The notes below the pieces were generated by a model, which was given only the letters and a program-made list of their open reading frames with translations, made no database searches and was not told where the DNA came from. A stretch of DNA of 62,966 nucleotides, the filler included, from Reclinomonas americana ATCC 50394 (Eukaryota), in NCBI GenBank assembly GCA_048213135.1. It is 13 parts of 13 records of this genome, joined end to end, with 100 filler letters (N's around TTAATTAATTAA, not from the genome) between each part and the next. Parts side by side here need not be neighbours in the genome. Positions count along the whole stretch, not along the records: positions 24,944 to 28,979 come from AFZH01020270.1; positions 29,080 to 48,201 come from AFZH01020271.1; 11 more parts are not named here. One strand, given 5' to 3'. Position numbers and translations under genes: made by a program. Below, in pieces: positions 26,101 to 39,300 of this stretch; the stretch's first letter is position 1; the number at the start of each line of letters is the position of its first letter.

Positions 26101-29100
26101 ACACAGACACACCTTGCCGTCATGTGTTCGCTGCTCGGCATAGTAGTCGAGCACCTCGTCGGCGGTCTCGTACTGACCCGTGTAGAAGAGGTAGCAGCAA
26201 ATCATCAGTCCGGTGCGGCCCTGTGAGCGATTTGAAAGGGGAAAGAGAGACAGTCAATAGGCCTCCTGACAGGCGTTTCTCTATTTTCTCACTGAAGCCC
26301 ATTGCTCTTCGAGCCTCACGACTCCCCTCGCATGTCTCTGTGTCTTCAACGCTTCACTCCTCTCCAGAAACTCTCATTCTTCATGCCCCACGATTTTCCT
26401 CGCATGTCTCTGTTTTCTTAACACTTCACTCCTCTCCTTCTTCCAGCTCCAGAGTTCTCTCGAATGTCTCTCATATCTAGTCGCCCCACTCGTCTCCAGC
26501 AGCTCTGTCTTCGAGCCCCACGATTCCCTTCGGATGTCTTGTGTCTTCAACGCTGCACTCTTCTCGAGAAACTCTCATTCTTCGAGCTCAACGATCCCCT
26601 TCGATGTCTCTGATATCTTATCGCTGCAGTCGACTCCAGCAGCTCTGTCATCGAGCCCCATGGACCCCTCGGATGTCTCTCATCTCTCAATCCTCTCCAG
26701 CAACTCTCCCTTCTTCGGTTCTCTTCTGTTGCATCTCCGTCTGGTTCTATCCAGATCAACATCCCTTCTGTCTCACACGCCTCACGAGCTGCACGGCTCT
26801 CCAACCTTCTCCGTCGCCTCTGCACTCTCACATCCCATCGCCGTTTTTTTTCTCTCGACCCCAATCCCTTTATGAATCACAACTCACCTTGCCAGCTTTG
26901 CAGTGAATGGCGCACACATTGAGCGGATCCTGATCCAGAAACTCCTGGCAATCGCGGCAGAACGGCAGAATCGAATCAAAAGGCGGCGCCATGTGATCGT
27001 CGAACGGGTAGCAGGCCACTGCGAGAAGAATGCACATGAATAACGGCGAACAAGCGCAAAGTCAATCATGACTGGAGAGATGATGACAGCGATCGACAAA
27101 GTCTCGCACAGTCAACTCGCTGACCACAGAAGAAGTGAAAGAACAAATCCAACGACCGCAATCGATGTGCAAGCCACCAGATATGAGTGAGAGGTGGCGC
27201 GATCAAGACACATTCACCCCGTGAATGCAATCGAAGTGCAAGAGAAGTGAAAGAGTCAACTCGCTGACAGTGATCGGAGCGCAAGGTAGAGCAGTCAGCA
27301 CAAGGTCTCGCGCAGTCAACCCGCTGAGCGATTAGCAAGAGGTGGCACGATCAAGGCACATTCTCGCAGTCAAAGCACTGACTGCAAGACGCGCGAAACA
27401 ATCATGCAACAACTAGTACAAAGGCTCACGAGGCGCAATCGATGTGAAAGCCACAGGAGAACAACACGAAGCGATCAGCACAATATCTCGTGCAGTCAAC
27501 GAGCAGACTCTAAGTGATGAACAAGACAAGCAACAACGCGATCAAGACACGATCTTGAAGTCAACTAGATGCTGACTAACACGGCGATCACAGTCAACTC
27601 GATGCTGACTGCAATCGACGTGCAAGAGAAGCGAAAGACTGATGCAACGATGAGCACAAAGTCTCGCACAGTCAAAGCACTGACTACATCGATGAGCAAG
27701 ACAGGCAACAACACGATCAAGACACGATCTTGCAGTCACTCGATGCTGACTAACACGGCGATCACAGTCAACTCGATGCTGGCAGCAATCCAAGTGCAAG
27801 AGGAATGAAAGACTGATGCAACGGTGAACACAAAGTCTCGCACAGTCAACGCGCTGACTGCAGCTGATGCACAAAGACAACAAGTCTCGCACAGTCAACT
27901 CACACTGACTGCAATTGAAGTACACACTGATGGAAATCATGCCATCAAAGTGCACTGTCTGCAACGCTCCAACGAGGCACACGTGCACAGAGAGGGAGAG
28001 AGAGAGTGCTTATGTGTGTGAGAGCGCCTTTCACACACCCTCGACATTGATATTCAGACGAACAAACTCAAGCACACATGCAATGCCTGCCTGCCTCTCT
28101 CTCTCACTGTGTCTCACAAAGAGAGAGAGAGAAAAGAAGAAGAAGAGGGGCGCGCAACAAAAAAACACAAACCTCGCCCGTCGAAATGTGCCGCGTCGTA
28201 CGTCCGCTCCGAGCACAGGTTGTAGACCTTGAAGTGATCGCCATGTCGCTCCTTCATAAACCTACACACACACACACACAGAGACAGAGAGACAGACGCG
28301 CGTGAGTAACAGGGAGAGAGAGAGTGAAGTGCGTGAGATGGCCACAGAAAAACAACACGCCCACTCTCTGCCTCCACGCTGCTGCCGTGCACGGGAACAA
28401 CACAATGACACGCACACGAGTGGACGCAGCAACAAGCAATTGCACACAGAAGACAACGAGCACACAGAGAGCGCGAGATGGCCGCACAACAAAAAACAAC
28501 GCGCCCCTTATCTGCCTCTGCGCTGCAACCGAGCACGCGACACACACAAGCACACGCACACGAGTGGAGAGAGCGCAACAGACGCGCACAGGGGAAACGC
28601 AAGGAGCAGAGAGTGATGGCGAGATGGCCGACGACTCTGGCGCACGCACACAAGCACGCACACTGATCGCTCTCTCTCTCTCACATGCGCACGTACACAC
28701 ACATAGACACACACGCGCGCGCACGAGTGCGTGTGCGTGATGGTGCGCGAGATGGCTCTCACTCACTGTCTTCTCTCTCTCTCTCACACACACTAACACA
28801 CACTCTTCTCTCTGCTCTCTACCTCTTCACATCGGCCATCTTGTTGCGATACTGTCCCTCAAGACCCTCCGCAGGAAAGCCCATTGCGATAATCCGATCT
28901 GTAATGTACCTGTTATCACACACACAAACACACAAACAGATGAGTTACATGAGAAGAAGAATGTGTGTCTTTCGAGTGTNNNNNNNNNNNNNNNNNNNNN
29001 NNNNNNNNNNNNNNNNNNNNNNNTTAATTAATTAANNNNNNNNNNNNNNNNNNNNNNNNNNNNNNNNNNNNNNNNNNNNGTGTGTGTTGTTACTCACGCA

Positions 29101-29174
29101 AGATCGAGACTGAAACCGTCCTCTTCGAGGCGCTTCTTTCGTCGCGAAACCAGTCTTCTCACAAAGTCAGGCAT
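23151..29174 (-). CDS. PTEN: PTEN-family phosphoinositide 3-phosphatase (3' end runs into a gap)
   Basis: Exons read MPDFVRRLVSRRKKRLEEDGFSLDLA|YITDRIIAMGFPAEGLEGQYRN, FKVYNLCSERTYD, YPFDDHMAPP, the catalytic AIHCKAGK|GRTGLMIC and GVTIRSQERYVRYF. The C2 domain reads GDIKFEF and KMFHFWMNTSF. A long acidic/Ser-rich tail follows. Confidence 0.96.
27060..27915 (+). repeat. Degenerate intronic repeat (AAAGTCTCGCACAGTCAACTCGATGCTGACTGCAATCGA-like units)
   Basis: Recurrent CACAGTCAACTCG / GATCAAGACAC blocks in a PTEN intron. Confidence 0.7.
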
Positions 29175-30230
29175 TCCGCACAGTAGACAGCAGCACACGT
29201 TGCAGTGTGTGCACCGGCAGTAGTATGTAAAGCAGAAGCAGCACAAAACACAAAAAAAGATGACAGAGTTGACAGAGAGAGTGAAAGAGTGTGTGTGTTT
29301 AGACAATCGCGATCGCTTTCTCTCTCTGTGAGTGTGTGTGTGTGTGTGTCTGCGCGTTGGACACACGTGCACGCTGACTGTGTGCGCGCGTGTGTGCGAG
29401 TGTGCGTGTCGGTGAGTGAGAGAGTGAGTGATTCTGTCCTGCGATCAATGCATTGGACGTTGCGTGAGTGCGTGTGCGTGGTTGCTGCGAGTGGCTGCGT
29501 GTCGTGTGCGCACAGTGGTGGAGCGTGTAGTGCTGTGGAGAGCGCAGTTCGTGTGTGTGCACAATTCGTCCTGTGGCGATTGCGACGTCGTGGTGTGGTC
29601 GGTGGGCGAGCGACTGGCGATGATGCGCAATGCACTGTGCATGCGACGGTGTGTCGCTGAGCGTGTGACAAGCAGCAACGCGCAGTGGAGACAATGTCCT
29701 GCGCGCTGTCGACGTCGACGAAATCAAAAATCAACAATGCATTCACCAACAAACAAGCGACAGCGATTGAGACATTAACGCAATCACTAGTCTCGAGGCA
29801 GCAGCAGGCTTCTTTTGTGCTTTGCTCTCGCGATCGAGCTCGGAACTTCAAATTCGAAGTTTGCCTCCTGAAAGGGAAGATACCTGTTAGAGAAGTAATT
29901 ATGTGTTGTATATTGTTGGTGTGCCAAGGTCATTGTCGGCAAAGGGATTTGTGGGCGTTTGTCGCATTATTGGAATGCGGTGAATGAACTCGATCGAAGT
30001 GTTTTGTTTTTTGTTTCAAGTCGAGAACTGCGATCTACGTTTTGCAGCACATAATGCGAGAGAGCGACATGTGCATGTTAGGAGCACAGCTGCTCAGCAT
30101 TCCACGCGCGCGCGCGACAATTGCATCGGTGTCCTGTTGCAAAAGGTATGAGTCATCAAGTGAGACGTTGAGAAAAAATCGATCAAGTGACTGAGTGAGA
30201 GTGTGAGTGAGTGAGAGAGAGAGAGCTCAC

Positions 30231-30461
30231 ATGACAGCCTCTCTCGCGCAGGCGTCTGAGCAGACGAGTCTGCTGTTGCGTAAGAAAAAAAGGGAGGGAA
30301 AGAGAGAGAGAGGGAAAAGAAAGTAGAAGTTGGTGTCTCTCAGTCTCTTTCTCACTCTCTGTCTCTCTCATTCACTCATAATGCAGACACACACTTATTC
30401 ATGCACAGTCTCTCTGTCTTGCGCTCTATGTTTCTCAGTGTATCTCTCACAGACACACACT

Positions 30462-30510
<49 letters not shown>

Positions 30511-33268
30511 GTCTCTCTCTCTGCCTCTCTCACACACAGACTCTGTCAATCTCTCACTCTGCCTCTCACTCTTACTCACTCTGTCTGTCACTCACTCTCA
30601 CTCACATGCAGATGCAGTCTCTCTCAGTCTCTCACTCTCTCTATCTCTCACTCTGCCACAGTCTCACTCTCTCTCTCTCTCACTCACTGTCTCTTACTTA
30701 CTCTGCCTCACACTCACTCTGCCTCTCACTCACTCTGTCTTCGCTCAATCTGCCTCTCTCTCACTCTATCTCTCGTTCAATCTGCCTCTCACTCACTCAC
30801 TCACTCACTCTCTTTGTCTCTCTCCCCCTCTCTCTCCCTTTCCCCCTTTCTCTCATTGTTCTTCTTCTTCTTTTACATCGCAGGAACATTTTCGGTTTCG
30901 ATCCGCACGTGAAGAACGGGTGCTTTTACGTGAGCGAAAACCAAGTGGTGTACTCGACCGGTCGCCATGTGATTCTCTACAATAGCGAGGACAAGGTCAT
31001 CTTCAGGGTGAGTGTGCATGGAGGGAAGGGGAAAGGGGAGGAGGGGGTAAGGGGAAGAGAAGAGAGAGAGAGGGAGGGGGACAAAGAGAGGAATCAGGGA
31101 GGAAAGAAGCGATGAAAGAAAGTAAGAGAAGAAGGCAGAGGAAGAGAAAGAGAGAGAGTACGAAAGAAACGGAGAGACAGAGGGAAAGGAAGATATGAGG
31201 GGGAGGAAAGAAGCGGTGAGGGAAAGGGAGAGAAGAAGGCGGAGGAAGGGAAAGAGAGAGCACGAAAGAAACGGAGAAGCAGAGGGAATGGAGAGAAAGA
31301 AGAGCAGGAGTAGAAGAGGGAATGGAAGAGAAGATGGGGAAGGCAGAACAAGGGAGCACGAGAGAATATTTGAGACAGGGGCAGATGAGACAAGGGCAGA
31401 GGAAGGGAAAGAGAGAGTACGAAAGAAGCGGAGAGACAGAGGGAATGGAGGAGAATAGGGGGGAAGAGAGAGTGTGAGAGATTATTAGAGACAGGGGAAG
31501 GAAGCGATGAGGAAAGGAAGAGACAAGGGCAGAGGAAGGGAAAGAGAGAGTACGAAAGAAACGGAGAGACAGAGGGAATGGAAGAGATGAGGGGGAAGGC
31601 AAGCACTAGAGAATATTAGAGACAGGGGCAGATGGAAGCGAAGAGACAAGGGCAGAGGAAGGGAAAAGGGCGGAAGGAGAGAGAAAAAGAGCTCGAAAGA
31701 AGCGGAGAGAATGAGAGAGGACTGAGAGAGAGAAAGAAAATGAGAGATAGAGCGGCAGGAAGAGAAGAGGGGGATAAAAGAGCGACACACAGGAACAAAT
31801 CACGCGAGGCGCATACAGGGAACAGGAGAGACGCATTTAGTGCACGATATAGTCTCTCGGTCTACGTGCTGAGCCACACACATACAGAGAACGGGAGAGA
31901 CGCACATAGTGTGCGAGAGAGGCTCTCGTTCTCTTGAGTGCTGAGCCATAGAACGAGAGACTCACTCATGAGAAGAGGGAGTACGAGGGAGGCGCTTGTT
32001 CTCTGAGTGCTGATCCACACACACTGAATTACGGAGGATTAGAGGTTGTGGAACAAAGAACGAGAGAGAGGGAGAGCGAGAGGAACGAGTCCTTCTCTCT
32101 CTTACCCAGTGTCGTGCTTCACTCTTCTCCTCTCTGCCTCCTCGTCCTCCACTTCCCTCTGCCTCATGCTTTCCTCCTTTTTCTCCTCCTTTCCCTCCAT
32201 AGGGCTCGGAAGACATGGAATGCATCACCGCCCTGGCCTGCACGTACGACCGCGGCCAGGTGGCCGTGGCCGAGCGCGGTCCACGCGCACAGATCTTTGG
32301 CATTGACGTGGTGCGCGTGCACAAGAAGAAGACGCTGTACTCGGAGACGATTCAGGCGCGCGAGTACCTCTCCATGTGTTTCCCGCGCGACAAGCGCATC
32401 CTCTACACGATCACTGGCGAACCGGATTACCAGCTGGTGGTGTGGAGCTGGGACAAGGGACGCATCATTTGCTCGGTGAGTCGAGGATGAGGAAAGGGTG
32501 GGAATGCGCGAGAGACTCTTCATGTGCTCACACCACCGCAGGTGCCGCTCATCACCCCGAGTGACGATCCGACGGCGCGGCCGATTGAGGTCAAGGCCGA
32601 CCCGGATGAGAGCTCCATTGTCAGTGTGTGCGGTCACAAGATGTTCAAGGTGAGCGGGAAGGGAAGAAGGGAGGGGAAGGGGAGGGAAAGGGGAGATGGG
32701 AATTAGGACGTCATGGTTTTGGTGACATCTCTTGCGAATGACACATCAGTGTCTTCTGTTCTTTACTCTCTCAACGTCTCGTCTCTCTTGCGTATCCAGT
32801 CCTCATTGCTGCCACCCATGCTCACTCAGTGCCTGTCTGCATCGTGTTATCTTACTTGTGGAGCTTTTCTCCCTATCGCCTCTTTTTCACTCTGGTATCC
32901 CTTCTCTGATTCGTCTCCTTCTTGCATTGTCTCCTTTGTCGTCTGCTCCCTCTCTCTTCTCTCCTCCTCTCTCTCTCTCTGTCTCTCTCTCTCTCTCTGT
33001 GGGTGTGTGTGTGTGTGTGTGTCTCTCTCTCTCTCTGACTCTCTCTCTCTTTCTGTCTCGTCTCTCTGCATTGTCTCTATTCCTTGTCTCTGCCTCGTCT
33101 CTCTGCCCTGTCTCTCTACCTTGTCTCTCTATCTCTCTCTACTCTCTGTCTCGTCTCTTTGTCTCGTCTCTCTGCCTTGTCCCTGTCTTGTCTCTCTGTC
33201 GTGTCTCTCTTTCTCGTCTCTTTGTCTCGTCTCTCTGCTTTGCCTCTTGTACTCGTCTCTCTCGTCTC

Positions 33269-33317
<49 letters not shown>

Positions 33318-36300
33318 CTCTCTCGCTCTCTCGCTCGCTCCTCTGTCTCCTCTCTTATCTGGCCTCTATCATCTCCTCGCATGTCGTTCTCATTTCGGTT
33401 GCTTCTCCCTTTCTTTCACCCTCCCCATGTGTCTCCCTTTCCCTCACCCTTCCCCTTTGCTCACCCTGTCCCCTCCACAGGTCTTCCGCATGGTCGAGGG
33501 CGAGCTCCTCCCCGTGGCCATCTCCTACGGCAAATTCCAACCCTCCAACTTCACCTGCCACGAGTGGGTAATGCCGTCGGTGATTGTCGTCGGTAACGAT
33601 CAGGGCGAGCTGCTGGTGATGACGAATGGCGAGTTCTGGACGACACTGGCCAAGCCCGACGAGTCCTGTACACACATTTATTGCATCAGCACGCACTCCA
33701 AGGGTTTCGTGTGCGGCGCCAACAAGGGCATTATCGGCATGTACGAGCGCACTCGCGACAAGCGCTTCTTGCGTCTGCTGCGCGCGTTCAAGTTGCGAAC
33801 CGAGACACGACAAGTCTCTCTTTTCTCTCGCGGCACTCACACCTTCTCTCTCGCTCGATAGGGTGGAGGGCCAGCAAGCCGAGGGCGACGCCGACGACGT
33901 TGGCGTGGGTGGCACGCAGGCGCTGGAGAAGTTTGGCGCGCACGGTGCCGGTGCTGGCGGTGGCGCCTCGGCGGCAGTGAGCCGAAGGCCGCTCTTCTCG
34001 GAGCCGACCACCGACATTCCGTCTATCTCCATTCACCCGTCAGAGGAGCTGATTCTGGTCGGCACAAGCAATCGGCAGCTGCTGATTCCGAGTTTTACTT
34101 CGATGGATGTGCGCAAGGTGAGTTTTGGGCAGAAGGGATGTGCAGGCAAAGGTGTTGCCGTTGCGCCTTTCATTCCTCCTCCTCGTTCCGCCTTTCCCAG
34201 TTCACTTCTTGTTCCTCTTCGCCTCCCTCTCCGCATTCCCCTCCCTCTCCTCATTCCCCTCCCTCTCCTAATTCCCCTTCCTCTCCTCATTCCCCTCCCT
34301 CTCCTCACTCCCCTCCCTCTCCCTTTTTTTTTCGCGCAGCCGGACGGCATCCTCTTCGAGCCGCTCCTGTACAGCACACACTCTCGCGAAATCACCGGCA
34401 TCAGCACGTGCATTCGCAAACCGCTGGTGGCCACGTGCGGACGCGACGGCAGTGTGCGCATCTGGAACTACCTGGATCAGTCGCTCGACATTTGCAAGTT
34501 CTTCTCCGACGAGGCGCTCTCCGTGTCGGTGCACCCCACCGGCCTCTTCATCCTCGTCGGCTTTGCCAACAAGCTGCGCCTGATGAATGTGCTGATGGAC
34601 GACATTCGCGAGATCAAGTCGTGGCCGCTGCGCAACTGCATGCAGTGCAAGTTCAGTCACGGCGGGCAGTACTTTGCCGCCTCGTTCGGCAACAACGTGG
34701 CCGTCTTCAACACGTACACGTGCGAGAACTTCAATATCATTCGCCACCCGGCCAATCGCGTGACGTCGTTGTTGTGGACCGAGCATGATCAGGCGATTAT
34801 CACGTGAGTCGCGGGAGGGGCGAAGGGGGGAGGAAGGGGAGGAAGGGAGAGGGGGGAGAAAGGAAAGGGAGGGGGAGAAAGGGAGAGGAAAAAGGGAGAA
34901 ATGAGAGAAGGATGAATAGGGAGAGGGAGAGAGAGAGAGGGAGAGAGAGAGGAGGAGAGAAGGAAGAGAGGATGTGGAAGGGGAGAGGGGAGAGACAGAG
35001 AAGGAGGAGAGGGGAGAGATAAGGAAGCTGGAGAGAGGGAGAGAGTTCTGAAGACGAGGAGTAGACTGACGATGGAGCAAGAAGATGAAGGAAAAGGAGA
35101 GGAAGAGCAGGGAGAGAGACTTTGTGCGAACAGTGAGGCCCCGCGGTTTCAGTGGGCGGGAGTCAGCAATTCTGACATTTCTCGCTTCCTCCATTACTCC
35201 ACTCTGCTGGTAGTGTGCTTCCGTTTTCCGTCTTCTTGCCTCTTACCATCAGGCCACTCGTTTTCTCGTCTCACTCTTGGTTGTGCTTTCCTCCTCCGCT
35301 TCTCCATCTACTCCTCTGTGCATCTCTCTATGCGTTGCTGTCTGTGTCTTGCCACGTCGTGGCGCACTCTACCGTATGACTCTTGCATATTTGCATTCTT
35401 GCCAGTTTCCGGGCCTCGATCATTTTCATTTGGGTTCTTCCCTTGCTCTATCTTGTGCATTTACTTGTCATTTTTATTCCTTCCGTTTGCCTTCCTTTTT
35501 CGCATTTCTTCATTTTCTTGGTAAGCAAGTCAATTGTGTCCTTTTTACTGGTTGCTTGCAGTTCGCGTTGTGTTTTTCAGTTGTTCTGTCGTTTTTGCAT
35601 CCCACCGCGAATCTGTCTTCGCATCTTGCTCCTTTTTCTGTTTTCTTTAACCTCCTCCAGTTCCTTCCTGCTCTCTCTTCTCTTCCACCTTTTCTTTCCC
35701 GATTCTTCCTCTTTCCCTCCTTCCCCTGTTCCTTCCCCCTTCTCCTTCCCCTTCCCCGTCCACCTTGTCCTCCCCCTTTTTCTTCTCCTTCCCCATCTCC
35801 CTGTTCCCCTTTCTCCTTCCCCCTTCTCCTTTCCCCTTCCCTCCTTCTTCCCTCCTTCCCCTTCCATCCTTTTCCTCATTCGCCCCCCTTTTCGCAGCGC
35901 CGGTCTCGACGGCTCGGCCATCAAGTGGAAGACCTCAAACTGGAGCCGCAAGAAGGACTTCATCTCCAAGACCTCGCCGATCCTGTCGGCGGCCACCGAC
36001 GGCGAGATTCTGTTCTTGGCGGGCGGCGACCGCTCGCTGCGTTCGCTGACCAACTTTGAGGAGAAGGAGCCGGTGGTGTCGGTCGGTCACCACCCGCTCA
36101 CGCAGCTGGTGCTGGCCAAATCGCAGCATTTGCTGCTGGCCGGCTGCGACGATGGCTCCATTCGCACGTACAAGTACGACGTCTCCATTAGCACGTACAC
36201 GCGCAACAATGCGCACGTGGGCACGGTGACCGCCATGTGTCTGTCGTACGACGAGACCATGTTGTTTAGCGGTGGTGCTGATGGAACGCTGTGTATGTTC

Positions 36301-39300
36301 CGCATTAGTGATGTGGGAGTTGCGTGAAGAAGGGGAAGGGGAGGGAAGGGAGAAGGGAGGGAAGGGAGAGGGAAAGGGGGGTAGGGAGAGGAGAGATGTG
36401 AGAAAGGGGGGGAAAGCAAGAAGTGGTGGAAGGGAGGAGGCATGAGCTCGTGGGTATTGCATTCATTGATGTTGCTCAGCGCTCTCTGTCTCTCTCTCTT
36501 TCTGTCAGTCTATCGTTCTTTGCGGAGACGGAGAAATAGGACAGACACAAAAAGCGATGCACAGAGAGACACAGAGAAAGCAACAACTGAGTCACACGTT
36601 TTTCTCTATGTTTGTGTCACACGTTTTCTATCTCTGTGCCCTTCTCTGTTGCTCATTGCGGATGTGTCTCTCGGTTTTGCGCGTGTGTGCGTATCTCTGT
36701 GTGATTCTCTGTGCGTGTCTTTTTTTGTCTTCTGTTTGGTGTCTTTGTTTCTTTCCCCCTTCGCTCCGCCTACGTCTCTCATTTGCTCTCTCTGCGTTTC
36801 TCACTTTCACTCTTCGCATTTGTCTGTCCTTTCTCAATGTGCATTGCTCTCTCTGTTTAGTGTCTCATTGTTTCTCTGTGTGTGAGTCTCCCTCATCGTA
36901 CGCCACTCTATTCCTCTCTCCCTCTGTTTCTTCCTGTGTGTGTCTCTCTCTTTCTCACTCTCATGTGAATCAATCCCCTTTCTGTCTTTCTTTGTCTGTG
37001 TATCTCCCTCATTGTCTCTCTCGGTGTCTATGTCTCTGCTCCCCTCCGCGACTGTATCCCATTCTCTCTGTTTCTGTGTGTGTCTCTCTTTCTCTGTGTG
37101 CATCTCTTTCTCGTTGTCTATCTGCCCCTGTCTATCTGTGACTGTCTCACTGGCTGTCTCTCTGTTTCGCTCTCTTTCTTTATGCGCGTCTCTGTCTCCC
37201 TCTCGTTCCTTTCTCTTTGTGTCACTTTCTTCTTGTCATCGCCTTCATTATCTTTCACCCTCTATTTGTGTTTCTCCTCTCCTTTCCTTCCCCTGCTCTT
37301 CTCCCTTTCTCACCACCCTTCTCCCCCTCCCAGCTGGCCAAGAAGGAAGTCGCATTCGCCGAAGAGGGCCTGGTGGCCAAGAGCGATCTGGAGGAGAAGG
37401 AGACTTTCCTGTCCGATCTGCAGGCCATGCTGTCGGAGCAGTCGACGACGGCCGAGATGAATGCACTGGCACAGCGCAAGCAGTACGACGCCGAGACGAA
37501 GCGACGAAAACAGGAGTTTGATGAGGTGAGTGGTGTGTGTGGAGAGAGAGATGAGTGCTCCTGTGCTCATCACCTGTTTATCACGCAGCAAATGGAAAAA
37601 GAAAACAAAAAGTACGAGGACCTGAAGGAGGAGATGAAGAAGATGAAGCACGAGGCGCAAATGGAGCTCGACATTGCGCGGCAAAAGTACGAGAAGGAGC
37701 TGCAGGTGCGGTGGTGGCGCTAGGGTGACGGAGTGGGCGTGGGGTGAGGAGGACTGACTTGGTGCGGGGTTTGCAGAGAGTCACGGACGAGTTCCAGGAG
37801 AAGCACTTTTTGGAGGTGCAGAAGCGGCATGATTTGCAGGATGAGATGGACAAGGTGTGTGGGAGGGAAGGGGTGTGGAATGGAAAGGGGGTGAAAGGGA
37901 AGAGGTGTGGAAGGGAAAGGGGTGTGAAAGGGAAAGAGCGAAGATGGGAAGGGGCGTGAAAGGGAAAGAGCGTAGAAAGGAAAGGGCATGAAAAGCAGCG
38001 CGCGAGACGAGAGGACAGATGACGATAGCAGTGCTGGGGACGGGGATGAGAGAGAATGAGAATATCGCACAGCAGTGGCCCGCATCTTGATATCAGTCGC
38101 CGGTTTTGTTGAATTCCCATCTTCACTGTTCGAGTCTCTCTCTCACTCTCTCTGCCGTAGTGTCTGTCTCTGTCATTGTGTTTGTCTCTGACATTGTGTT
38201 TGTCGCTCTCTCTGACTCTCTTTATCTCTCTTTCCCTTCTCTCTCTGTCCCTTTCTCTCTCTCTCTCTCTCTCTTTGTCTTTGTCTCTCTCGCAGTCTTT
38301 CTTTCTAATCTACATTCTGTTTATCTGCTGTCGCCTGCGCTTCCGCTGTATTCTTTGTTGCTTCTTCTCTGTTGCCCGCTCGCTGTACTTGTAGTACGTT
38401 TCGCATCTCATTGTCTTTCTTTCCGCGCAGGTGTACACGGATTTCAAGATCAAGTTCCAGAATCAGCGTGTTGAGCTCGAAACCAAGATGCAGAACATGG
38501 AGGTGAGTGTCGTGTCTGCACGCGCGCGTGCGTGTCTGTTTGCGTGAGCCTGCACGTGTGCGTGTCTATGTGTGTATCTCTGTTGTCTGTGCGTGTGTGT
38601 GGTTGTGTGTTGTTTGTTGTTGTGATTTTCTCTGTGTGTTTACTAGTTGTCTCTGTGTGTGCGATTATGTGTGTGTGTGGTGATTTGCTTGTGCGACCTT
38701 GTGTGCGTGTGTTGCGCGTTTGTTATATTTGCACTCGTATATGTTCATGTCTGCGTATTGACGTCTGTGTACTTGCATGTATATTCATGTACTTGTGCTC
38801 TTCTGCATGCACGTTCGTTCCTCGCGCAATCTCTCTTCTCACCATTCCTCCCCCTCACAGGACGAGTATCGCGACCTACTGGAGGCCGAACGCTCCGCCA
38901 ATCGCAACCTGTTGGGCGAAAAAGAAAAGATGTACAGACAACACACAGAAGTGCGCAATCAGATGGAGGTCGATATCGACACAGAAGTGGAGCGACTGAA
39001 GCAGGTGAGCTGTTATTGCGAGGACTTGGTGTGAGACAAGTGCGGTGAACTGACTGTCTTGCGCAGGCGCTCACGTTGGAGTTGGAGAGGAAGCAGTCGG
39101 AGAACGAAACGCTGCATGGAGGTCAAATACCATTATGCCCTCATGCGCTGCTGCGTGCTTTGTTCTCATCTCTTTTCGCCACAGAGTACCTGGTGCTGGA
39201 AAAGGGCAAGGAAACACTGCAGCGCAAGTTGGAGGCGGCGCAGGAGGCCTTGTCACACGCGGCGCTGAAGGAGCAGGAACTGCGCATGATTATTGTGAAG

